From Candidatus Daviesbacteria bacterium GW2011_GWA1_41_61 (lineage in GTDB: Bacteria; Patescibacteriota; Microgenomatia; Daviesbacterales; UBA10151): 59,786 nucleotides of DNA. A program made the position numbers and the translations under genes. The stretch covers positions 115,707 through 175,492 of the forward strand of contig LCBT01000001.1 in the NCBI GenBank assembly GCA_000997385.1, read 5' to 3'. The notes below the pieces were generated by a model. That model was not told the origin of the DNA. It ran no database searches and saw only the letters and a list, made by a program, of their open reading frames with translations. Positions 44,436 through 51,621 of the stretch are shown here, piece by piece (position 1 is the first letter of the stretch; each line of letters opens with the position of its first letter).

Positions 44436-46718
44436 TTAATATCCTGAGCCTAAGTTGGGGACAAAGACGTCGGGGTCAACTTTTAACTTTTGGCTGTCTT
44501 GGGGATTAGTTGTTAGAGTAACTTCAGTTTTACTTTGGTAAATCACCAGATCATCTAACCAAAAATCACTTGTGGAAAAATTAGATACCTGAAAACTAAC
44601 TGTAGCCAACTGAGCATTGGCCGGAGCTCTCCCTACAACCTCCAGTTTCTGCCACTCCTTAGGCCCAAAATAACGGGGAGATAAATTGGTGCTTAAACTC
44701 TCAGTACCCTCATCCCAAACTGTAGGCTTATTTTGATAAAAATCCAACCTTAAAAACCCATCCCGCCTTTTTTGTTCTAAACTAGTTATCCCTTTGACCC
44801 AACCCTCTGCCTTATAAACCTCACCAGCTTTGACAGTAAAAACAGGTGAGACCCACATGACTACCGGAAAGGTGGGAATAATAGCTTTAATCTCCACTGA
44901 CCCATTTTTTTCCCTTCCCTCTTTCTCATCCCAGACTAAATTATCTCCCTGACCCCCAAAACCATCAACTTTTTTAAAGCTGCCCATTCTCTTATCAAAT
45001 CCTTCCTGACTAATCTCTTCCCACTCCAGATTAACTTTGGAAGGCACAGTAGCAAAAAAATAGTTGTTCTCCACCGCCTGCCAGGGCTTCACTTGAGAAC
45101 AAACAGCAGAAGCAAACAACTCTTTAGCTGCTAAACTAACAAAGACGTTGTTAGAAATTTCTTTTGGTTTCTGCCAAAAACCAGCTTTAGTCATCCACCA
45201 GACTGAATTTTGATCACCTACCACATCTAATCCTACTAATACATAGTCAGCTTTCTCCTCTTGTAATTCAGCCAGGCTATAACTTGACTCAATATTAATA
45301 GGAATAAAGTTTAATTTCTTATTAACATCTATAGAAGGCAAGGCAAATAAAATATATTTATCGGTCGGATGAGCTGCCACAGTTTTACCTTCTAAAATAT
45401 TCTGGCTTAAACACTGACGCATCGAAGTGATATTCCAAGGTTTCATATAAGATAAAGTATGAATAACCGAGTTTTTAGTTGACTGGAAAAGTATGCTCAC
45501 AACAACCAGTACAAAAAATAGCATTGCCAGGTAGGAATTTTTAAGATATTTTTTTAAAAAATACCATCCACTCGCCAATCCTACTCCACCCATCAAAGCA
45601 AAAAAGGGAATAATACTGACAAAGTTACGCGGGTAAAACCAACCGCGGGTTAAATATAAAAAGTAGTACAAATAAACAATGATCATACTTAAGACCAAAA
45701 AGGTGGAGAACCGATACTTTAACAACCCCACTACTATTCCCAATAAAACTATCCCCGCCACAGCAGGGGTTAAAACTATTTGGTAAAAAAAAGATAGACC
45801 GGTCAAACTAAATTTATTAAAACCAAAGCCGTAAAGATGGGACACCCGGGTGATAGTTTCCGTAAACTTCTGCCAATGGGTCAGCGGCCCGATATTGACC
45901 AATACCACTGTCAAAACTAAAGACAAAACACAAAAAATAACTTTCTGGGATAGAAAAGTAGTAATTTTTCCCCGCCAACCTCTTGCCCTGACAGTATGAT
46001 ACAAATGGATCAAGGCCAAAGGTAAGAGACTAAAAAATTGTAATTTGGACGATATGGCCAGCCCAACACCCAAACCGCTTAGTATATATAACTTTAAAGT
46101 GGGACGATCCTTCAGTATAGAAACAATAAAGAAAGCCAACAACAAAAAGAAACTGCTATAAGCATCTGGTAAATCAACTTGGCTGCTACTCACCGCCCGC
46201 AGATTAACAGCCAGGATAGATACAGATAAAAGGGCAACTAAACGGGAGTTAAATAGCTTTTTACCAATCAGATAAGTTAAAACCATGGTCAAAATACCTA
46301 TCACAGACGTCAGGTAGCGGCTGAAATACATGATTGTCACATCACTTCGGTTTAAAATATAGTTTTCAAAAACTTGAGGTAATTTATCTAAGTTGGACAA
46401 CACCACATCGGGGTTAGACAACAATAACTTAATCCACAATAGGGGAACAAATATTAAAATTAGAAAAATCAACTCTACTGTCGGAATTAAGGCTGGATAG
46501 TGGTAATGAGGCAGATCCAATGTACGGTTTATAAACATATACCAAGCTGAGGAATAACCAGCTTTACCTTCATCAGGATGATAAGGACTATACCCGGGGT
46601 AAACACCTAATACCCGAAGCAGTATGCCAGTGGTCAAAACAGCTAAAAGTAACAATTGCAGGCGGTCTTTTTTGAGGCTGCGGATATTTTTTTTAACTCT
46701 TTTAAGAAGATACTTCAT
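44436..46718 (-). CDS. PMT_2/ArnT-like GT-C membrane glycosyltransferase with a C-terminal CBM4_9-like carbohydrate-binding module
   Basis: 760-aa ORF. Motifs PGYSPYHPDEGKAGY and FSRYLTSVIGILTMVLTYLIGKKLF. The C-terminus GSVEIKAI...VKAGEVYKAEGWVKG...APANAQLATVSFQV...FWLDDLVIYQ is CBM-like. ATG 46718 overlaps the upstream methyltransferase TGA (ATGA). Tandem paralogue of 47380..49620. Confidence 0.65.
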   Translation of the reverse strand: MKYLLKRVKKNIRSLKKDRLQLLLLAVLTTGILLRVLGVYPGYSPYHPDEGKAGYSSAWYMFINRTLDLPHYHYPALIPTVELIFLILIFVPLLWIKLLLSNPDVVLSNLDKLPQVFENYILNRSDVTIMYFSRYLTSVIGILTMVLTYLIGKKLFNSRLVALLSVSILAVNLRAVSSSQVDLPDAYSSFFLLLAFFIVSILKDRPTLKLYILSGLGVGLAISSKLQFFSLLPLALIHLYHTVRARGWRGKITTFLSQKVIFCVLSLVLTVVLVNIGPLTHWQKFTETITRVSHLYGFGFNKFSLTGLSFFYQIVLTPAVAGIVLLGIVVGLLKYRFSTFLVLSMIIVYLYYFLYLTRGWFYPRNFVSIIPFFALMGGVGLASGWYFLKKYLKNSYLAMLFFVLVVVSILFQSTKNSVIHTLSYMKPWNITSMRQCLSQNILEGKTVAAHPTDKYILFALPSIDVNKKLNFIPINIESSYSLAELQEEKADYVLVGLDVVGDQNSVWWMTKAGFWQKPKEISNNVFVSLAAKELFASAVCSQVKPWQAVENNYFFATVPSKVNLEWEEISQEGFDKRMGSFKKVDGFGGQGDNLVWDEKEGREKNGSVEIKAIIPTFPVVMWVSPVFTVKAGEVYKAEGWVKGITSLEQKRRDGFLRLDFYQNKPTVWDEGTESLSTNLSPRYFGPKEWQKLEVVGRAPANAQLATVSFQVSNFSTSDFWLDDLVIYQSKTEVTLTTNPQDSQKLKVDPDVFVPNLGSGY

Positions 46719-47338
46719 CGCTTTTTAAAAATACCCAATATCTCACTCCCAAAACCGATAAACTGTAGCTTCACAGCAGTGGTTTGGAGAAAAAGCTTAG
46801 TTAATTTCTGTTTGCTGAAGGGAATATCCAGATGTTCATCAACATTATGACGTCCGGTTAAAAGTTTCCTCACCCAGGAGAATCGCACAACAGGATGCAA
46901 TTCATTGGGCACTGTAGCTAAAACTAGTCCCCGCTTTTTGGCTACCCTAATTGATTCTTGAGCTACAATCTCAGGATCACTGACATGTTCCAAGATATCA
47001 GATAACAGCACAATATCAAAAGAGTTGCTTTTAAAAGGCAGCTTTTTAGCATCCCCCACTTGCACACAACCTTGAGGCAACTTCCTCTGGCGGAGGTTTT
47101 CCTTGGCTTTATCAATATCGGTTTTGGAGATATCAATCCCTACCACATCCACCCCGCGCTCCTTTAAAGGAATCAGGATAATCCCGCTGTTACAACCTAT
47201 ATCCAACACCCGTTTACCGGAATAATCCACAACCTCAAGCCAAAAGTTCAATCTCCGGTTATGAAAGATCCGCTCAAAGATATTTCCATGAAGCCGGGCT
47301 TCATTTAAATCATAGTTAAATCCATCTGAACCGCTCAT
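46715..47338 (-). CDS. Class I SAM-dependent methyltransferase, translationally coupled to the downstream GT-C gene
   Basis: 207-aa ORF. Motifs VLDIGCNSG, GDAKKLPFKSNSFD, SDILEHV and AKKRG. Paralogue of 1502..2128 and 19292..19936. Confidence 0.8.
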   Translation of the reverse strand: MSGSDGFNYDLNEARLHGNIFERIFHNRRLNFWLEVVDYSGKRVLDIGCNSGIILIPLKERGVDVVGIDISKTDIDKAKENLRQRKLPQGCVQVGDAKKLPFKSNSFDIVLLSDILEHVSDPEIVAQESIRVAKKRGLVLATVPNELHPVVRFSWVRKLLTGRHNVDEHLDIPFSKQKLTKLFLQTTAVKLQFIGFGSEILGIFKKR

Positions 47339-47379
47339 TTTAATTTATATGCTACATATTATATCTAATACCAAATTAT

Positions 47380-49620
47380 CTACATTCCTCCATTACTGTT
47401 TAAAAAAAGATGCTCTTTAGGATTAAATTTTGATTTGATATAAGGAGAAGCCGTTTTCTTGTCCTGTGGGGATGTATTGTCCGATTGCCAGACTTTGATA
47501 TCATCCAACCAAAAGATGGAAGTAAAAGCTCCGGTTTGAAAATAAAGCTGTAAGTATTTTGCTCCTTCCGGCGCCTGAGTGACAACTTCCCTATTCAGCC
47601 AATCCTCTGATTCCCCTATCCTGGCTGATAAAGAGGTCTTAATAATTTCCTCTTTTTCCGATAGAAAGTCAGCACCTAAGAAGGCATCTCTATCAGCAAA
47701 ATTTAGCTTAGTAGATGAACGCATTAAAGCATTAATTTTATAGAAATACCCTTCGACTACTGCAATCTTGGGGGAGATAAAACGTTGGCTGTATATAGGC
47801 CCACTACTTTGAGAGATTTTTAAAGAACCATTTTTACTATAGCCTAAATCCTTATCCCATGAGAAATTGTCCACCGCTCCAAAACCATCACTCGTGACCT
47901 TCCATTTATCTTCAGAGGAAAAATCTTCTTCATAAACTAATTTACCCCCCACAAATTTATGCTTAGGAGGAATTTTAATCACTAAATAATTGTTATCCGG
48001 AGCTGAGGCTGGATTTAAAGCCTCAAAAACCACATAACTTTTCAGTTCCCAAATCATCTTTGATAGAGGAGTATTAAAAAATAATCTATCTGGCTTCCAG
48101 CCAAGTTTCCTAGAAGTTGTCCAGTCTTGACTCATCCACCATAAAAAATGGATGTTCAACCACTCCGTGTTTAAAACCACCCATTCTATTCCCTTATCCT
48201 GCATTTCTTTTAAGAGATAATCTTTTACCGACTCAGCTTTGATAATATTAATCTTCTTCTGAGGCAAAACCATCGTCGGGTCAGTGAAAACAATAGAGTT
48301 TACCGACAAAAGAGTACCTAACTTTGATTGGATAATTTTGTAATTCCAGTCCTGAGAATATTCCCAGGCTACTACCACAGACTGATTCAATGATTGATAG
48401 ACAATCAGTGCCAGAAGGGAAAAAGTTGTCAAAATCATTAAAGGATTAAATTTCTTCTTTAAGTACTTCATCAGCCACCAAAAACCAAAAGCTGAAGTAA
48501 TTAACAGCAGCGGGATAATAGTCACAAAGTTGCGGGTATAAAAACCTCCTCCGGTATAATAAACGAACATCCAAAGAAAGGGGACTATAACCGATAACAA
48601 AAGTAGCATCTGCTTAAACCGAAAAATTAGTCCTAAAACAATTCCTGCCATTACCATAAAAGATAGTGCCGGCCCGATACCAATATGGTAAAGGTATAAT
48701 AGGGCATAAAAATCAAGCGACGATTTACCATAACGGTATTTCAAAGCTGAGTACCCTACTTGCTCTAAAGTTTGCTGCCAATGAAATATATGAAATATAT
48801 TTAAAATTAAGGCGGTAGAAACCAAAATCCCCAACATTAGAAAAATTTTCTTATTGATAAAAAATAATGTCCGCTTTTTCCAACCCCTTTTTTCTAATGC
48901 CAGGTAAATTAGCACCACTGCTAAAGGAGGCAAAGCAAAAAACTGAAACTTGGTAGAAAAAAAGACCGCTGAAGTAAAACCTGCCAAGATAAGTTTTGGC
49001 CAAGTCTGTTTTTCCCAGAGCCAAACAACAAAATATAGGGCTAGCAGCAAAAAAAAAGCGTTGTAAATATCCGGTAATCCGAAATGACTATTTAAAACTT
49101 GGCGGTAATTGATGGCGGTAAAAAAAGCTGCCAACAGGCCCAAACCTTTCGAAATAAACAACTTTTTACCTAAAAAGTAAACTAAAAAAACTACTCCTAT
49201 TCCAAAAAATGCTGTCACTATCCTCCCCCAAAAAACCACATTAATTTTATTTGGACCCAATATATTGTGTTCAAAGATGCCTCCTGCCTGACCAGAAGAA
49301 ACAACCGATAAAAGACTTCCTATCTCTCCAATATGTAATAATAAATAACCTAAGACATAAAGGGGTATAAAAATAAACAGATAAAAGAAAGCGTTAATTA
49401 AGGGCACCATGATAGGATAGTTGTAAGGCACTCCATAGCCATATTTAGGATCCAAAGTTTTTTCCAAAATCATGGCAATTCCTTGAGAATGACTAATTCC
49501 TTCATCAGTATGGATCGGCGGGTAACCAGGGATAGTGCCAATAAAACGCAGCAAAGAGGCCAGAATAATTATTAACACCAGAAGATAATTTTTCCTCAAG
49601 GCATTACCCAAAGATTTCAT
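47380..49620 (-). CDS. PMT_2/ArnT-like GT-C membrane glycosyltransferase with a C-terminal CBM4_9-like module
   Basis: Motifs PGYPPIHTDEGISH and WGRIVTAFFGIGVVFLVYFLGKKLF. C-terminus GSLKISQSSGPIY...VVEGYFYKINALMRS...APEGAKYLQLYFQ...IFWLDDIKVWQ. The track start at 49632 is TTG and lies inside the candidate -10. ATG 49620 (MKSLGNAL) is preferred. Confidence 0.65.
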   Translation of the reverse strand: MKSLGNALRKNYLLVLIIILASLLRFIGTIPGYPPIHTDEGISHSQGIAMILEKTLDPKYGYGVPYNYPIMVPLINAFFYLFIFIPLYVLGYLLLHIGEIGSLLSVVSSGQAGGIFEHNILGPNKINVVFWGRIVTAFFGIGVVFLVYFLGKKLFISKGLGLLAAFFTAINYRQVLNSHFGLPDIYNAFFLLLALYFVVWLWEKQTWPKLILAGFTSAVFFSTKFQFFALPPLAVVLIYLALEKRGWKKRTLFFINKKIFLMLGILVSTALILNIFHIFHWQQTLEQVGYSALKYRYGKSSLDFYALLYLYHIGIGPALSFMVMAGIVLGLIFRFKQMLLLLSVIVPFLWMFVYYTGGGFYTRNFVTIIPLLLITSAFGFWWLMKYLKKKFNPLMILTTFSLLALIVYQSLNQSVVVAWEYSQDWNYKIIQSKLGTLLSVNSIVFTDPTMVLPQKKINIIKAESVKDYLLKEMQDKGIEWVVLNTEWLNIHFLWWMSQDWTTSRKLGWKPDRLFFNTPLSKMIWELKSYVVFEALNPASAPDNNYLVIKIPPKHKFVGGKLVYEEDFSSEDKWKVTSDGFGAVDNFSWDKDLGYSKNGSLKISQSSGPIYSQRFISPKIAVVEGYFYKINALMRSSTKLNFADRDAFLGADFLSEKEEIIKTSLSARIGESEDWLNREVVTQAPEGAKYLQLYFQTGAFTSIFWLDDIKVWQSDNTSPQDKKTASPYIKSKFNPKEHLFLNSNGGM

Positions 49621-49631
49621 TTCAGTTATCA

Positions 49632-49640
49632 ATCATAACA
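49632..49640 (-). promoter_or_regulatory. Candidate extended -10 (TGtTATGAT), 11 nt before ATG 49620
   Basis: Read on the minus strand in the 39-bp gap after the IscU-like gene. Confidence 0.3.
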
Positions 49641-49671
49641 GGAAAGTAAGGAAACTAAAACGAGGGTTAGA

Positions 49672-50085
49672 TTATTTTTGGGAAGGTTGTTTTGAGTAAT
49701 AGTTTTTAACGGCTTTTCTGATACCTTCATCAGCTAAGACAGAACAGTGCATCTTAACCGCTGGTAATCCATCTAAAGCTTCAGCTATGACTTGTTTAGT
49801 AACATTCTCTGCTTCAATTAAAGGCTTTCCTTTGACTAAGGTTGTTACCATACTGGAGGTAGCAATAGCTGCTCCACAACCCAAAGTTTGAAACTTAACC
49901 TCTTTAAAATACTCTCCCCCTTGCTTGTTTTTACCAACTTTAATATAAAATTTCATCAGATCTCCACAGCGGGGGTTGCCTACCGTCGCCACACCATCCG
50001 GATTTCTTATTACCCCCATATTTTTAGGGTTGCGGAAATGTTCCATCACCTTTTTAGAATAGAGATTGTTAAATAACTCGTCCAT
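49672..50085 (-). CDS. iscU: IscU/NifU-N-type iron-sulfur cluster scaffold protein
   Basis: 137-aa ORF. Motifs HFRNPKNMG, GNPRCGDLM, FQTLGCGAAIATSS and MHCSVLA supply the three conserved Cys of the scaffold family. Confidence 0.9.
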   Translation of the reverse strand: MDELFNNLYSKKVMEHFRNPKNMGVIRNPDGVATVGNPRCGDLMKFYIKVGKNKQGGEYFKEVKFQTLGCGAAIATSSMVTTLVKGKPLIEAENVTKQVIAEALDGLPAVKMHCSVLADEGIRKAVKNYYSKQPSQK

Positions 50086-50088
50086 CGT

Positions 50089-51291
50089 TTAAATTTGCGG
50101 GGCCATCTCCCTCAGTCTTGAAATAATTTTAGGTAAAATTTGGCTGACATAATCAATTTCCTCAATCGTAGTATTTTTTCCCAGAGAAAAACGCACTGAA
50201 CCGTGGGAGACCTCTGCTGCCACCCCCATCGCTGTTAAAACATGAGATGGTTGCAATACCTGGCTGGTACAAGCTGAACCTGAGGAGGCAATAACTTTTT
50301 TATCTGAAAGCAGTAAAATTAGGGACTCCCCTTCAGCCCCTTTGATAACAAAGGAAGCAATGTGGGGTACCCTCTTTTGAGGATGACCAGTTAGATAAAC
50401 TTCCGGTATTTTTAAGATATTGGTAATCAATCTTTCACGAAGCTCAGTTAGTTTTTGATGTTGGCCATCTTTGACCTCGGAGATTAACTCAATGGCTTCA
50501 CCTAAGCCTACAATATAGGGAACATTTTCTGTCCCCGACCGGAGTTTCATCTCCTGCCCTCCTCCATCTTGTTGTTTTCTTATTGGAGTACCTTTTTTAA
50601 TATATAAAGCTCCTATTCCTTTGGGAGCATAGAACTTATGCCCGGTCAAAGAGAGCATATCCACTCCTAATTTTTCTACCTGACAATCTAAATATTGAAT
50701 AGCTTGGGTAGCATCGGTATGAAAATAAGTTCGTGGTTGGTGGTTTTTTGTTTTTTGTTCATTAACTTTTTTCAAAAGCTGGCCGATCTCCGCTATAGGT
50801 TGGATAGTACCCACTTCATTATTAACATACATAATAGAGACTAAAATGGTATTAGGTTGTATGGCTTTCTCTAGATCTGTCACTTTAACCAGACCATATT
50901 GATCTACCGGCAAATAGGTCACCTTAGCTAAACCTGAATTTTCTAAATGCTGACAAGTTTCCAGCACTGCTTTATGTTCTATAGCAGAAGTAATAATGTG
51001 TGGTGTAAAAGATTTTGGCGCAAAGTGTCTTAAAGCCTCAATTAAACCTTTATGAGAAAAATTGATTGATTCGCTGGCACAACTGGTAAAAACAATCTCT
51101 TCTGCCTTGGCTCCTAAAAAACTGGCTATCTTCCTTCTTGACTCCTCAACTGCTTTTCGGGCCTCTTGTCCCAAAAGATGAAATTCCGAGGGGTTACCAT
51201 ATTTTAAAGAAAAATAAGGCTTCATGGCAGCAAAAACCCGGCTTTCTACCGGAGTAGTAGCAGCATTATCTAAGTAGATTAATTTTTTCAT
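50089..51291 (-). CDS. iscS: Class V PLP-dependent cysteine desulfurase (IscS/NifS type)
   Basis: Motifs IYLDNAATTP, SLTGHKFYAPKGIGALY (PLP lysine) and SSGSACTS (catalytic Cys loop). ATG 51291 forms an ATGA overlap with the regulator stop. The track start at 51306 adds only 5 residues. Confidence 0.9.
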   Translation of the reverse strand: MKKLIYLDNAATTPVESRVFAAMKPYFSLKYGNPSEFHLLGQEARKAVEESRRKIASFLGAKAEEIVFTSCASESINFSHKGLIEALRHFAPKSFTPHIITSAIEHKAVLETCQHLENSGLAKVTYLPVDQYGLVKVTDLEKAIQPNTILVSIMYVNNEVGTIQPIAEIGQLLKKVNEQKTKNHQPRTYFHTDATQAIQYLDCQVEKLGVDMLSLTGHKFYAPKGIGALYIKKGTPIRKQQDGGGQEMKLRSGTENVPYIVGLGEAIELISEVKDGQHQKLTELRERLITNILKIPEVYLTGHPQKRVPHIASFVIKGAEGESLILLLSDKKVIASSGSACTSQVLQPSHVLTAMGVAAEVSHGSVRFSLGKNTTIEEIDYVSQILPKIISRLREMAPQI

Positions 51292-51551
51292 GAAAAAATG
51301 TGACAAATATTCTCGTTACACTTAGGATGAAGAAAGTAATAAACATGACGTCCCTCTTTTTTAGAACTTAAAATATGAACATTTTTTAAATATTTAAGAT
51401 GGTGGGTAATCGTTGGTTGGGTAACATGAAAAGATTTGGTAATTTCCAAAACACTTATCTTCCCTTTTTCTTGTAGAAGATTTATTATCTCCATTCTGGT
51501 TCCACAGGAAAAGGCGGCAAAGCAACCAAGACAAGAAGATTTTAATTTCAT
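51288..51551 (-). CDS. Small ArsR/SmtB-family winged-helix regulator with five cysteines
   Basis: 87-aa ORF. The HTH is SVLEITKSFHVTQPTITHHLKYLKNVHIL. Cys clusters are the N-terminal CLGCFAAFSC and the C-terminal CNENIC. Confidence 0.75.
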   Translation of the reverse strand: MKLKSSCLGCFAAFSCGTRMEIINLLQEKGKISVLEITKSFHVTQPTITHHLKYLKNVHILSSKKEGRHVYYFLHPKCNENICHIFS

Positions 51552-51557
51552 TATATA

Positions 51558-51586
51558 TTGACATTAATCTATATGTTCTCTATTGT
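51558..51586 (+). promoter_or_regulatory. Candidate promoter TTGACA-17-TATTGT for the radical SAM/ferredoxin unit
   Basis: Hexamers at 51558-51563 and 51581-51586, with a 17-nt spacer counted by hand. It is interdigitated with the minus-strand promoter. Confidence 0.4.
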
Positions 51587-51589
51587 CAA
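51561..51589 (-). promoter_or_regulatory. Candidate promoter TTGACA-17-TAATGT, 9 nt before ATG 51551 (arsR-iscS-iscU)
   Basis: Minus-strand TTGACA corresponds to plus-strand tgtcaa 51584-51589. TAATGT corresponds to plus-strand acatta 51561-51566. The spacer is 17 nt. Confidence 0.4.
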
Positions 51590-51621
51590 GTATACATGCT
51601 TGGGTTATTATTGGCAAAAGC

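Noticed and set aside
15065-49057. A9/T9 homopolymer runs occur inside glycosyltransferase genes (15065-15073, 24184-24192, 40583-40591, 49049-49057), along with many A8/T8 runs. Some lie just after start codons (28252-28259, 46687-46694). I considered them as possible slipped-strand phase-variation switches.
   Set aside because: With about one-third A and one-third T, several 9-mers are expected by chance in 60 kb. My rough estimate is about 5, and I observed about 4-5. No run exceeds 9 nt, and there are no poly-G/C tracts. This is worth re-checking only if population reads show length variation.
21442-51621. N-terminal extensions produced by TTG starts in the ORF track, at 13457, 21480, 26614, 27345, 28285, 44357, 49632 and 51583.
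   Set aside because: In each case a nearby in-frame ATG gives a better solution. That ATG restores the locus-typical ATGA or ATGANTAA overlap, or follows an SD, or lies downstream of a -10 box that the TTG start would precede. The extensions add no family-conserved residues. I kept the GTG starts at 2128 and 7252, because no alternative exists and 7252 has a perfect AAGGAG.
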